Part shown: one piece after another, positions 36,366 to 50,508 of the stretch
How the letters are laid out: every line of letters starts with the position of its first letter
Position numbering within the stretch: the first letter of the stretch is position 1
Assembly (NCBI GenBank): GCA_964016885.1
Contig: OZ024740.1
Coordinates: 105,276,001-105,340,000, forward strand
DNA from: Eledone cirrhosa
Taxonomy: Eukaryota
Length of the DNA: 64,000 nucleotides
Direction: 5' to 3'
The notes under the pieces: model-generated
The model's input: only the letters and a program-made list of their open reading frames with translations
Told to the model about the DNA's origin: nothing
Databases searched by the model: none
Position numbers and translations under genes: made by a program

Positions 36366-38834
36366 AAATTATGAAAAATACATACACACAACAAAAACCT
36401 TAGCAGCTTAGTGAAATGAGAATGGCCAAAGCCCATAACCATTCTCAGGGGAAATCTGAGACAGGTGAGAAGAAGGTAGGAAGTTATTCTCAGAATAGAG
36501 GACTTGGCCTAAATGCTTTCAATAGAATAAACTTTACTAATTTCACTAATGTCCTCCATGTGGTGATAACTCGATAAAGGAATATATATATATATATAAT
36601 CTCAAATGATGATGGTGGTGATGATATATATGCAACAGCTTAAATTTGCACTGCCAATAAAATAAAATAAAATAAAAAGGAAATACATTTCAAAAATTTA
36701 AAGGGCATAAATTTTATTTCAAGATGCTACATAAATACCATATATGTTCTCAATTCAATGCCTACTAGACTGTCTTCTCTTATTCAAATATAATGGAGCT
36801 ATAAAATTGCATTTATATCTTACAGCTAACTCTTACTTTATTATATTTAAATAACAAAAAAAAACAAAAAAAAAAAAAAATTACAGCAGCAGAAAAAAAA
36901 CCCAATTCCATTTGAATATAATGGTTTCTGACAAATTGCATCACAGCAACATTTTACAAACTTTCCAGACAATAAGCTTTAACCACTGAGGCTTACATAT
37001 GCTCACTCAATACCTATCAATGATTACTCCTCTGTGAGAATACATCAAGATGCTTTCAATTTTTATTGTTTAGCTGCATGAAGATTGGTGCCACTGCTGG
37101 CAATCCTTCAAACTGATAAGGCTATTTCACTAAACTTTTATCTTGCATTATAGACATATGTTTTATAATAAACTGATAACTGTGACAGTAATCCAGATAA
37201 ACCAAAGTCGTGGTTAGTAAAAAGCTAAAGATTTCTTGGAAACAATAGCTAATACCAACTGAATCCTTTATATAAATATAAAGCAAACAAACAACTAATG
37301 AAAAACATTTATTCTCATGGGAAAAGAAACGATCTTGGTACTGTATAAACCAACTGACTGACAGACCAGACACTAATTCCCAGTTAATTAGATGCAACAA
37401 AATAAGATAGTAGTCAAGTGCTGGTGTCAATGATTGACCTGCTCCTCTCTTACCCTTGATTTCATCCCTAGTGCCTCTGTGGGAGATTATTATCATTTGT
37501 TTTGAACGGAAGTGTTTGTATCGGCTTGTGTAAGTTTGTCTTTTTTCACTTGTTTACAAGGGCTTTTTAGCCAATTTTTTTGTCACAGACTGTTTGTAGG
37601 GTGCCTGACTTGACCTTCAAGGAATGCAACCCCATAATATTTGGGCCTTTGACTCAAATATTGTATTTTCTGTGAAAACCCCCCCAGAATCTTCAAAATT
37701 TCCAAAAAGAAATATGGAAGTAAAAACCCCCTCCCCTTCTATGTGCCGGAGCAAAGATTTTGCACAAGAAAAGTGTGTATCTTTTTAGTATGTCAGATGT
37801 AGAGCTGAAGGTAAATTATGCCACCACCAACAGCATCAGCAAGAGCAGCAGCAACAACAATGACAACAGCGGCAGCAGTGATGACAGAAGCAACAGCAGA
37901 GATAAGTTCTCAAAGTAGGCAGGAGTCACCCAAGTGGCTATATCCTTCACGAGGATGGCTAAAAATGTAGAAAGGGTCAATGTTAATGACACAGAGACGA
38001 GGGAGGCCAAACATTTGGTCAAGAAGAACAGCCACAGTGTCAGACTCACCCAACATCATAAAAAACAGATCCGTGTATGGTCTTGCCTTGCACAATTGAA
38101 CACAAACAGCATCGGATGGAACGGGAGACCGAGTACCAATTCCAATGGGCTATGGGTACTGTCTGGGCACAAAAAACATACATAGCCCAGGGTGGTGGCG
38201 GGTGGGGGGTGTTACCGTGGATGATCTCTTTACTACCCCCAAAGAAGCCAGAGCACATTTAATTACGTCACTCTGCAGCAAAGAGATCACCATGGTATCA
38301 ATGTAGTAAACACAAAAAGTAAACAAAAAGCACTAACAACATCCCACACACAAAATACACAGCTATAGACACAAACAACAAACAAATCTTAAATACGACA
38401 ACACCAACATCACAGAAACAAATTACATACAACCCGCCAAAATTACACCTCTCACACACAAAAATAATCAAGATTTCCCAAGAGACATACAATCTCAGGA
38501 AAAATCTTCCTTGAGGCAACTGGACATTATCGAAGGACTCTCCTAAAGAGAATATACACTGACATTCTCGTGGAGAAACCCACCAGTTGCCAGAGGGATG
38601 TATCACCCACCCTCCTTCCAAAAAGAATCCATCAGGTTTAGTAAGGCTAAAGTGATAGAAAAGAATAGACAAGGGAGAACTAGATAAAAAATTAGACGGG
38701 GGCGCTTAGAAAAGGCATCACGACCGACATGCAAGGGGTGAGATTGGCCCTTAACCAATTCTTCAGTGCTGAGCACAAAGGCTGCATCGTCAGAGCTAGG
38801 GTATGTGTACTAAGACACAAAGGAACAAAATCCG

Positions 38835-39125
38835 TTCAATGGGGTAGATAAAATAAAGTACCAATGATGCACTGGGGGCAATTTAATTACCTTTCACTTT
38901 CCCTTCAAATTGCTGGCCTTGTGTCAAAAGTAGAAACAACAACTGCTGCTACTAGTACTACAATGGGCAATTGGTAAAAATTGCTAGAGTGTTGGTATTT
39001 GTTCTGGTTCTTTATTTTGAGTAGACCCTGCTGATGTAAACTTTGTTCTTTATCCTTCAGAGGTTGAGTTTAATCAATTTTCCTCTTCCCTTAAAATTGC
39101 TGGCCTTATGCCTAAATTAGTAACC
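38835..39125 (+). mobile_element. Two partial or degenerate Nin-type SINEs
   Basis: GGGGTAGATAAAATAAAGTACC...AAATTGCTGGCCTTGTGTCAAAAGTAGAAAC, followed by a second, more diverged copy. Confidence 0.65.
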
Positions 39126-40530
39126 ATTATTATTATCATTACTATTGCTATGGCAGCAGTGTCTTTGCAACAATTTGTTTATATTGACTTTAGACCATTA
39201 CATCCCCCACCACCCACAAACCTGCTCTGTGGCTAGACTCATGTTCAGAAGTTAAAGTATCACGTCCATCATAGCATCCCAATTATCTGATGCATTATAA
39301 ATACTTGTGTATAAGTCACACCAATAGATATATCGCAGTTCTTTTTTTACTTATATTTACTATGTGCAATGTAGAAATAGTGCTGAAATCTGTCATATAC
39401 ATATGTATGTGTGCCTTTAATTGATGTCATTGAATAGAGACACTGAAGAAAAAAATGCTTTGTAGTGAAGTCCTTTCAGATGTTTGTTCTGCACCAAATT
39501 ACAGACAAGCTTTTCAATCATCAGCAACACAGTGAACCAATAATTAACTTATTGGAAATCAATAACCAATGATGATGATAACTAAATGTGATATAAAACA
39601 AATATAAATACTAATCTGCAAAAGACTGCCTCTAGTTCTACTATACTATACAAAAATCTATAGTATTAAAATGTTCATATTTAAATTAAATCCTTCAATC
39701 ACAATTTTATGGGAGGATTTTAAAAAAGATTTTTTTTTTTCTTTCAAAAGAAAATGTCGCTATGGGGCTTGAATACTTAAAATCTTCTAAAGATGACACG
39801 TAAAAAGATGAAATATAGTAAAGAAGCATTTATAGAAGACAAACATATTAGTGAAAATGTTGGTTTGGTGATAATTACATCATCATCATCATCATTTTAC
39901 GTCCGCTTTTCCCTGCTTGTCACGGTCCTTCGTAATCTCCTTCAAACAGGAGAATTAGTCAGCTAAAAGAGAGGCCAGCTAGATGGTATGGAGTAGTAAC
40001 TCTCGAAGGAGTCATATGGGCACCATATTAACATACAGAATTTCATGGGATATTTTAAAACCTGGCAGAGCCCATCGTTTCTCCAGGACTGAGTACAGAA
40101 AATTTCTCCTAGAGAGGGATAGAGAGAAAGGAAGTATATTGAGGTAAAATTATCTAGTTAGACTGCACTTCATTCATGTTCCTTTAAAACATATGTATAT
40201 GATGTTATGTAACAAAAACATTGAGATAAAATCTTGACAATTAAGAAACTATATTAGTGGAGTGGTCATGTTAGAAAAAGAAATTAATTCAATAACATTT
40301 GTATATGGATTTTTTTTAAAAACTTGCAAACTTTGTTGGATATATCTACATTTGAAGATCAGTTTTCATTAATATAAAAATCAGCTACAGCAGTTATTCT
40401 CTGTAGAGAGACCTGTGAAAAGCTGGTAATACGTCCAGGTCAAATGTGAAATGTAGGCCCCATCAAAGCTAGTAAAAAAACTCGGGTAAGATGTAAAATT
40501 TAGGACTCATTTCAAACTACCCATTAGGTA

Positions 40531-40944
40531 CCTAAACTATAATAAAGTAAGGAGCGCGGGACTGCGTACGGTTTATCATTTTTTATCCCATTAGTAAAAT
40601 AAATTGGATTACTTTGAATGAATATTACAATTTATCTGCTAAATTTTGTGGCTGTTGATTAAATATATTTTGCTTATTTAAAGATTCACTTCTTTAAAAT
40701 TTCTGAAATGTCAACACTTCCGGTTGGCCATTGCTTAAATAAACATGAATTTTCTCCTAATGCAGTTTATATATAATATCGTCTTTTTTAATGTATCATG
40801 TATTACATTACTGATTAAATAAGACAGTGTAACAGTCTTCGTTCAATTTCTATGTATTATATATTGTCAATTACAATTTTATTTGATGTATCATATCTAC
40901 ATGTATATATACCTGCGTATAATATCGGGTGGTTTTTCTGCTAG
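40531..40944 (+). mobile_element. Degenerate non-autonomous Helitron
   Basis: 5' A|CCTAAACTATAATAAAG (TC-like start). 3' ACCTG...CGGGT hairpin then GGTTTTTCTG-CTAG|T, resembling the unit B/C end. Confidence 0.5.
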
Positions 40945-42979
40945 TTTTAGTAATGATTGCTAAAGACGTGATTTGTGTATCGGTTACAGGTATATTACAT
41001 GCCGAAGTTGTGTAAATTATGTCGTTACAAGTAAGAGAATGGAATGAAAGAATTAGAATTTTGAAATTAGTAGGCTCCCTCAAAACTGGTTTGTCTGTTT
41101 TCCCAACTTCTCTGGTCTAGCTTGGATAGAAAGTGTAATTTTAATTTACTGTTGACTTCTTATCGTAGACAGAAACTGGGTGTTATTTCTAGCAGAGGGT
41201 TATTCATAGACAAATAAGCATTTTATGGTTTGGAGAAGCAAACAAATAAGAGCAACCACAACAAACTCCCTTCTGCATCAATGGTCAACCAGTGAAGGCT
41301 GGCTGTATAAAGTGTAGCATCAATGGCAGTGTCCCAGCATGACTTCAGCCTGTTGGCTGGAACACGTAATAGAGTGTCTCAGTAACCTATTTTGGATTTC
41401 TCTGCAATAATTTATTCCAGTGCTCTATACAAAGACTTTTTGTAAGAAACATTGTTAAAAATTAAAATTTTAGTAACTAATATTGTTTAAATAATCTGGT
41501 ATGCTGTTTAGATATTGATTTGCTTCATGCAATGGAACCAACCTCTAGGCAACTCATTGTAAAATATATTCTATAAACATATATTAATGCAAGGACATGT
41601 TAGTTTCAAGGGAATAGTTTGAAGTAAAGTAAATATCTTGACTATATGAAGACATAACTAGAATAAAATGTGTGTAATTTATTGATATCTCTAAGTGACT
41701 TGTGCAGGGTATGACAGGACACATATTTAAGTGCATTTAATAGCCTAATCTGATCAGAATAGAAAATGGCATATTAATGCATTACATGACAAGTGAGTAT
41801 TAATATGAGAAGTTCATAGGATTCAAGTGATGTTCAACACTATTTCCCTATCATTTTTTGATTCAGTTCAGCTGATTGAAACTATTTTTCATTAGGGTTG
41901 GGTAGGCAGTTGCATTAAATTTCTCCATAAAGAAAATATATATTAGCTAAAAATATGGGTTGATGACAGTTTGCAATTACCTATATTAGAAATTTTCATC
42001 ATAATTGAACCCTGATACAAACAGACCTTTCTGCTACCTATGAAAATGTTTCATATCATGGAGTTATATATCAGTGACAAGGCGTAGGCCAGTGAACAAG
42101 TCAGTTACATTCATCATAATAAACACTTTTTATTAGGAACACATTTGGTTCTTCTAGAGGGATATAGTTGACAGAAACAACCTTGTGTATATTACTGTTA
42201 CTTATTTCAGGATTTGAGTTGTAAATGTAGAGATGGATAAGAATGATAATTTAGTCAGCCAACTAATTGCATGATCATATTAATCATGATGTTAACATTT
42301 TCATGAATAAATTTCTATTCAATTATATTTCAATTAATCTAAAAAATGATAAAGAATTTGGAGGAACTTAATCAAACAGACGATCTTGTTAATTAGTTGT
42401 TTAGCTCTAGGCCAATTCAAATCAAACTGACCTAAGATCAAAGACATTCTAATTGTGACTATTACATTCTTTTAAGAGCATTTAGAAAAATCTTAGGAAA
42501 TTTGGCTGCTACTTTTATTATATCAAGTGATCATGTAGGCATATTAAACTGGGATTTATGATATAAAAGAAAAAAATATGGCTCTTATACAAAATTACGA
42601 TGGAATGCTTTAATTCAAATATGAATACTTTTTAATGGGCAGTTTCAAGTGAAAATGACTGGCAGATTGTATCAGGTAGATTGAGTTGAGAAAATATCTT
42701 TCTGATGTATAACTGAAGCAATGGTATAAAGCCAAAGACAAATTCCTAATTTTCAACACTATAAAGAGGAAGAACAGTTACAGATAAAGATTTAAAACAA
42801 CCAATATAGAAAATGTAAGGCAGAATAAGTTTTAAAAAATACAACTGGATCACAATATACAGTATTAACTGGAACTCCACTTAATATCTACCATAGATTA
42901 TAGCCCAGTAGGCCTGATAGAAAAGAAGAGTTTTAAAAAATCCTTTAAATTGATATATTTGGATTATTTCTCAATGGCA

Positions 42980-43260
42980 GGGCAGTATAGTGGCAGAATC
43001 ATTAGAATATTAATTAGACAACATTACTTATGGTATTTATGGTATAAAATAAAATACCAGTAATGCACTGAGATAATTGCTGGCCTTGTGCCAAAAGTAG
43101 AAAATTATTTATGGTATTTAGCTACAGCCCTTTTCACCCTGAGTTCAAATCCTACTGTGGTGAACTTTATCTTATCTCTTCCAGGTTGATAAAATAAAGT
43201 ATCAGTGAAGTCCTGCATTCAATCTAATCAACTTTTCCTTCCACCACATTGCTGGCCTGG
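42980..43260 (+). mobile_element. Nested Nin-type SINE pieces
   Basis: A SINE 3' end (43044-43105) sits inside a degenerate SINE, between repeated ATTTATGGTAT. Confidence 0.6.
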
Positions 43261-43812
43261 TGGATAACAGTGATGGTGCTGTTGTTGGTTAGGCTCAAGT
43301 TAGGCTTGACTTAAGCAGACCTATGATTAAATGTGTTACATCCATGACTATCCAGTCTTTGTATGAGAATGCTATGCATTTACAACTTGTGTCCAATCTA
43401 TGGCTCACTGTATAATTCTGAAAGGGCCTCAAAGACAACATGTGTTTCCCCAGCTTCAGTTATCTATAACAGTACTGAACATATGAATTTTAGAAGGGCT
43501 GAGGAAAAGTACTCAGGAACACCCTCTGCATGAAAATCAAATGGTACATGCAGTACTAACAATGCAATGAGAAATATTAGTTTCTTACTCTAAGAGCTTT
43601 AGGTTGGACTCACAATCAGACAAAATATTCTTATGGTCAATTCACTCTTAACATTCTGTATCCTACAAAACTGTATTAACAAGACTCTTGAGAAGTACAA
43701 CACAAAAATGTCACATTGAAAATTGAAGACTTTAGTTTACTCCAAATTTTTACAAAGGTCTGTCCACTAGTTTAAATATTAACATTTGAATTATACCCAT
43801 TTAGAAATATTT

Positions 43813-44072
43813 TCTACTAAATCATTGTAGGATAGTAAGAGTTAAGTAAACAATACTCAGATAATTATGAAAAAATATTCTGAAAGATAAATATATTAAA
43901 ATTCTGAAATAGTTGAAGTGAATGCATGTTTGTAGGTGAATCCAAGTTATCGGCAAACGTTTTGTATCCAACTAGCTGAAATTTTGCAAAGTGGCACATA
44001 TCTTCAAAGAGAAAGAAGGTCATAGGATAGTAGGTAATAAAATACTCAGGCAAAGCCAGGTACTGCAGCTAG
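43813..44072 (+). mobile_element. Degenerate Helitron-like element
   Basis: 3' end ACTCAGGCAAAGCCAGGTACTGCAG-CTAG|T parallels the unit A end; 5' boundary uncertain. Confidence 0.45.
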
Positions 44073-44489
44073 TGATTATTATAAATGCATTTAAATCAGC
44101 TTAAGCTAATATTTCTCATTGTCAGAGATTGCCATTTTAGTTTCCTATTAAATATTTTGAAGAGACAATGGCTTTTGTTCAGAAAAGCAATATGGCTGTT
44201 CAAAGAACATGTATTACTTGTATTTTGGGTGACCATAAATTGATTTTAGTCAATTTATGACAATTTTTTTAATGAACTTCTTGGTGAGTAATATTTAATA
44301 GTAGTTATAAAATATTTAGTTTTGTTGTAGTGTGTCATTTTGGCCTAAATGGCCATAAAGCTTGTACACATACAGCATTAACTGGATTTCATTTGAAGAA
44401 ATATTTCATACACAGTATGCATTCATGTATATATATACAACTATATTTCTGTTCATTTTTGTGAAACAATGAGCTAACAAGAAGGCTCC

Positions 44490-44712
44490 AACATGGTTGT
44501 TAAACCTGCTAGAAACAGCAACCAACTCTACTTCATTTCCTCTTACATGCTTAAAACAAGGAGCCCATACCAGCATGGAATACAGACATAAAATTATGAT
44601 GGTGATGACAATGGAAAATGTAGTCCAAAGTATACAAAAAGATGCAATGGTGATGGCTGGAACACTTTATCATAGGTCTGCTCAATCAGGGTTGACCTAG
44701 GGTTAAACAACA
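44490..44712 (+). repeat. Dispersed SINE-like repeat family
   Basis: CTGCTAGAAACAGCA...ATCATAGGTCTGCTCAATCAGGGTTGACCTAGGGTTAAACAAC. Related copies near 25415, 42400, 43290, 47255, 52245 and 59840. Confidence 0.6.
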
Positions 44713-45464
44713 TAAGGTTGCTTTAAAAAAAACCCCTCAAAATAACATGCAATAGAAATAAATATATAATATAGTTGTAGAAGAAACTACAACACAGGTG
44801 GACAATTGGACAATTTCATATAGTATAAAACAAAATGCTTTATGGTATTTGTTCTGGCTTTCTGTAATCTGAACGCAAATCTTGCTGAGCTCAACTTTGT
44901 CTTTTGTGCTTTTGAGATTGATAATATAAAGTATTAGTCCAGGGCAGTGGATAGGCAAATTTACTAAAGTATCATTTAAGATGTATTTGTTCTGGTGCTT
45001 TGCCTTCTGAGTTCAAATCTTGCTTAGGTTGTAGACTTAATTCATTGCCTGGATTAACACCCCCATCTAGCCCTTGTTTGCCTTTAGCTGAATTCACTGT
45101 TGCAAGAATTCAAGCTAGGTCTTCAGATAATTTCCCTCCCCCTTCCCTCAATCTTAAACACTTGAAAGGATGAAACAAAGTCAACCTCAGCAGGATTTGA
45201 AATCAGTAGGCAAAAAATCCCAACTAAATACCAGTACACTACTGACCTAGGGAATAGCACTGACTAAACAAAAACCTGCATTCCACAATTAATTTAGGTT
45301 ACCTCCCCTGTCATTTTTGACTGGAATTAATCATTTAGTAAATTATTGTGCTCATCAATATTTACTATAGGTTTAATAAATAATTGTTGCAATGATTGAC
45401 AATACCAAGGATAGCCAAACGTGCTTTACATAATATTTGTGAATTTGGTAGATTAGTTGAAGTC

Positions 45465-45620
45465 TATGGTTGTGTCGTTAAGATATGATTCAGAGCCACA
45501 TGGTTTCGGGTTTGGTCTCACAGCATGGTACCTTGGGCAAGTGTCTTCTACTAAAGCTCCAGGTTGACCAATGCCTTATCAATGGAATGAAATTTGGAAT
45601 ATGGAAAATGTGCAGAAACT
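45465..45620 (+). mobile_element. Degenerate CORE-type SINE
   Basis: ACCTTGGGCAAGTGTCTTCTACTA CORE-like block after a decayed tRNA-like head. Confidence 0.55.
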
Positions 45621-46038
45621 CATATGCTCCCCACCCATTTATATATATATAAAGTTTGAGTTAATACAACCATATAAAGGCAAAGAAAAATGTTAAAGCT
45701 CAATGTGATTTTATAGTCCTCAGCAAGATAGATTAAAAACAGTTCAAATCTAATAGGTAAATTTCAAATCACAGTGTTACAATCTCACAAAGCATATATC
45801 TATATATAAAGAACAAAGATTTTAATTAAAGCATTTAATGACTTGTTAGACTAACAAAAATATTCCATTTCTGTTAGAATAACTCCTTCGAATCGATCAA
45901 ATACAAATAAATACCTTATATGTTCGAGAATTCCAGGGGAGAAAAATTGAAAGATGTAACCAATAGCATGCAAATATTGTTGGGAAAACGTTAAAATTTA
46001 TGGAAATCTAAAGATATATGTGTATGTGTATATATATG

Positions 46039-46372
46039 TCATCATCATCACTTTACGTCCGCTTTTCCCTGCTTGTAAGGGTGGGACGGGAACTGATTCT
46101 GGCATGATTTCTACAGCTGGATGCCCTTCCTAACACTAACCTCATTTACAGTGAGTGCTGGGTGCTTTCTTGCCGTGGCACCTCCACGACCACTTTGCAG
46201 TGGAATGATAGGGACCCCAGTCCCTATCATCTCATTTCTACAGCTGAGTAAACTGGAGCAATGTGAAATAAAGTCTCTTGCTCAAGGAAACAACACATCA
46301 CCCGGTCTGAGAATTAAACTCACAACCTTTCGATTACAAGCCAATGCTCTAACCACTAAGCCATGTGCCTCC
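46039..46372 (-). mobile_element. CORE-type SINE with RTE tail, second copy
   Basis: Full-length reverse complement of 744-1083; flanked by TA-rich tracts. Confidence 0.92.
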
Positions 46373-47369
46373 ATAATATATATATATACACCGTCTAAAC
46401 CCACGCTAGCGTGGAAGATAGATGTTAAACGATGATGATATATATATATCATCATTTAAGGTTCACCATCCCTGCTGGCAAAGGTTTCAAGTTGGTACTT
46501 AATCAGAGCTACAAACCTCTCAGGAAACTGAGGGCCCACATCCTGTTTATATGTTCCTACACTAACAAATGCACTGAGTGCATTTAATGATACCAACACT
46601 GTCACTGAATCTCAGATTTAGGTAAATGTTACACGGGACTGAACTGCTCAGCCACTTACATGTTCATTTCATGAGCCAGTTGTTTTCTATCGATTGATCA
46701 ATGTGATGGAACACTCATCAAAATCGATGGTGATCCATTCCTTAGTTAATTAAATCAACCTTAATAATTCAGTAGCAGTTTATTTTATCAACCGCAAGAA
46801 GGGATACACAAAAGTCAACCCAAGTGGAATTTGAACTGAGAATATGAAAGATCACAAGTCACTTTGTCAGACACTCTACCAGCCTAGTCATTGGTGATGT
46901 TGAAAAGTAGACATGTCAATGTCAGAATGAATTAAACTACACTACTGCTGGCTGCACTTAGATACTGTCTTGTGTATAGATGGTTGGATGGTAAAACTGT
47001 TTCTATTAAGAGGAGAATAAAAAATATTCAGAGTCATCAATGTTAATAGATGCTTTATATTGACATATATTAGAGACAACAAGTAGACAAGTATTGTCAA
47101 TTAAATTATATCAAAATCTTATATATTTCTTTTGTTAGATTCATCTCTTTGCAGCTTAGCTTAAAGATATTTCTCAAAGTACTCTTAATGTTTTGAAATT
47201 AATGTTAATTGAAAACTCAAGCTGAAGAGTCATAACTAATTGCTGCTGTTACTGTTTAGCTCTATGTAGGCCAGTCCTAATTAAGCAGACACATGATCAA
47301 AACATTCCAACTGTGACCATCTCATTTTTTTTCAGCAGTATCTATGACTATATTATCTATGCCCTTTAA

Positions 47370-47530
47370 GCCTTTAGCATTTAAACCGGCCATATCCAAC
47401 CAGAATTCTTACCCCTTTCTGTTCAAATCAGCCCCTCATACTGACATTAAGGTATTGTTCTCAAAATAAATATCAAAATCTCATGGATTCTATATTAAGT
47501 GAGATAATTATGTAAGGTAAAGCCATTGCT
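47370..47530. mobile_element. Partial piggyBac-like MITE
   Basis: TTAA-GCCTTTAGCATTTAAACCGGCC start; body matches 15784-15940; second TIR not seen. Confidence 0.65.
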
Positions 47531-48044
47531 GTTATAATGCATTAGTTTATAGGGCAGATGTCTCATCTTTGATAGTACAATGACAACAGCTCTAAATATG
47601 TTTCAACCTTATTAGTCTTAATCAGCAAAATATAAAACCTGACTGTCATTACCTCATCTTTGAAATGTCAGATTTTTGCTGGTACTTTTACTTTTTCGAT
47701 AGCAAGTAATTAAAAAATTCACATTGACACAAAACTACTACTACTATTACTATATTGACACTAAACTATTGCAGCTGCTATTACTACTATTAACTATTTT
47801 GTTACCATATTTCTCATGAAAGACGGCCCATAATTTTCAAATCATTTTGAAAATAAAGGACTTAGTAATATAACTATCTTGAGCTCAAGTTCTACCGAGG
47901 TCAACTTTCATCCTTTCAGGGTCAATAAAATAAAGCACCAGCAAAGTGCTGGTGCCACTATAATCGACTTTCTCCTCCTTTGCAAATTGCTGGCATTCTG
48001 CCTATATTAGAAACAAATATTTAGCTGTTTGAAATATAACTAAA

Positions 48045-48592
48045 TGGGATGCCATCCAGGGCAGCCTGGCTTCAGACAGGCTCACGCGCCAGCTCGACCA
48101 GAACCGCCTAGCCCGTTTTCATGCGGCCTCCAAACTCCCCGGTGGTGCCTGGCTCCATGTCTTGTCCTTCTCCTCCACTGGCATGCAGCTAGATAACAAT
48201 AGCCTGCACATCGGCATTTCCTTGAGGCTTGGCCTCCAGATCTGCGAGCCACACCAATGTCGCTGTGGATCCACCATGGTCTCTTTTGGCCTCTACCCGC
48301 TTTCCTGTCGCCACAGTGCCGGCCACCTTCTATGCCATGCTGCCCTCAACAAGGTCATAAAGCATGGCTTGGATGCTGCAGGCTTTCCTTCCCAGCTCGA
48401 GCTAGTGGGGCTGGACCAAGGGGCTGTGTCCTCGGCCTTAGGGCTACCTCCCTACTCACCACCATAGGCGCTGAGCTAGCCAGCTGCGAGTCTCGCGAGT
48501 TGGAATGACTTTTCCAGTGTGTCTCTCTTGCTATCCTTCAGGGAAACGCCTTCTCCATTCTGGATGCCGGGGCTGTGGGGAGGCCACCAATA
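48045..48592 (+). pseudogene. CRE-like retrotransposon 3' fragment with the endonuclease core deleted
   Basis: GAWL...LRLGL.ICEPHQCRCG...LSCRHSAG...HAALNKVI (CCHC). Colinear with 32345-32880 but lacks the RPDG...LVWD segment. Confidence 0.8.
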
Positions 48593-49030
48593 TGATTGAC
48601 TGACTTGTCATTTTATCAGTCAACTGTTGCTGTCACTAAATGGTTCTTACATAACATTGATGAAAGGTTCATGTAAATATAAACACTTTAAAACAAATGT
48701 TTTTAAATCATAGCATCAAGGGTTGTTTCAGGCAATATAATATCAAAAGTGCTAAATATATCAGTCGTTCCTTTCGTCAGAGTTTTACAATTACTATTAT
48801 TGTTATTCATCCATTCAACAATGTCAGCCCGATTTTGACTTCTGGGTTATGCTGTCTCACCTCCCATAATATTTTGGGGATAACTTTCCATTTCACTTCA
48901 TTAAAAAGGCTGAGGCTTCTTGTTTTACTCAAAGATTAGACTTTAATATTGCCCCTCTCTCTCTCATATATATATATATATAATTAATACAAAATGAAAA
49001 CCAAGGTTGTTATTTAAATTACTTCTTTAA

Positions 49031-49150
49031 TTCCTACAATTGTTTCTAAGGAAATAAATGTAGTGCCAGTACATAGAATCAATCAATTAATCAGTCCAAC
49101 AATTAATAATTTAAATGGCACTCAAGCAAAAATCCCCATTTCATCAGGAA
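49031..49150 (-). ncRNA. Type I hammerhead-like motif with very long stem II, family D
   Basis: TTTC [CTGATGA] ~95-nt insert (GGGGAT/ATTTCC, AGTGCCA/TGGCACT) [GAA] ACAATTGT [A] GGAA. About 50 nt from a (TA)n tract. Base of stem II is imperfect. Confidence 0.6.
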
Positions 49151-50225
49151 AAAATAGATACATTGAGTTCTTAACGCACCCAGAAGAATAAAAGTAAAAA
49201 GTAAAAATGTAAAAGCAAGCTTTCAAAAAGTGAAGAGAACATGTAAAGAATATTGAGCTCCTATGTGTGTATACTGGTTTTTAGACAAAGTACAGCTTAG
49301 TTAATAAGAGGTGGCTAAAAGGATTGATGATTGGAAAGTTAGCATCCGTATGTAAAACAGTGCATCAAAACAACACAACCAAATGATGCTAGCAGAGAGA
49401 AGGAGGTAACAATGATAATGAATGATTAAGCCTTTATAGCCAGCCTAGAAGACAACCAACAGATGCCAGCATAGAAAACTGGAGGGAAGAGTGATAATGA
49501 ATAATTAATCCGTCATAGTCAACCTAGTAGACAACCACTTTTGGGTGACATTTATCTACTAATACTTATTTACAGACTTGCTCCATTATAACTGAAATTG
49601 AACATATTGTCATATCCTATTGATTGCTAGTCAGGTTATCAAATTTTAAATTATGAGTGGCTTTATTTAATTTTCAATAGACTTAGAAACCCATTCAGAC
49701 TAAGTATGTAAATTTGAATACCTATTATTCTATCATAGACACAGAAGTTGTGTGCAGAAAGTAACCCAATATAGTTTATATGTGTATGTATGAGTTTCTT
49801 ACACATATAATGAAACATTCATTTTACTCAATAGGCACAGGTATTACTATGAGGTTAAGAAGTTTGTTTTATAACTATATTATTACAGTGTCAACCCTTT
49901 TCTATATGTCCACACATACATGTTTTATATTTACATTGTGAAATCTTTTCAAAACTGGTCACTTAAAGTTTAAACAAACAGCGAATATGTATTAATTTGA
50001 ATCAATGTTGGAATAAATCAATGCAGAAACTGACTTTAAAATTCTTGATTGTTCTTAACTTCTCTTCACATATGTGTAGATACACACCTAACTTATGTTA
50101 ATTACTCTGAACATTAACTTATTGATTTCTTCTCATTGAAGTGCTTCGTGGCTGCCTCCAAAAAATTGATTGCAAACCTGCTACTCTCACCTGCAACTTT
50201 AGTTTATACTCACTATTATTATTAT

Positions 50226-50402
50226 TTGGATTGGCAGAGGGTCGGACGCCATGCTTTGCAGCATAGAGTTTCGTCCCCTTTCGGTCTGAGTTCAAATCTT
50301 GCCGAGGTTAACTTTGCCTTTCATCCTTACAGGGTCAATAAAATAAAGTACCAGTAATGCACTGGGATAATTGTTAGCTTTGTGCCAAAAAGTAGAAACA
50401 AT
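50226..50402 (+). mobile_element. Nin-domain-type SINE
   Basis: Matches the 14018-14203 family. Confidence 0.85.
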
Positions 50403-50414
50403 TATAATAATAAT

Positions 50415-50457
<43 letters not shown>

Positions 50458-50461
50458 TTTT

Positions 50462-50505
<44 letters not shown>

Positions 50506-50508
<3 letters not shown>

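Noticed and set aside
45838-45895. TA-adjacent 11-bp stem with hammerhead-like spacing on the minus strand
   Set aside because: Both core halves are too degenerate to call.
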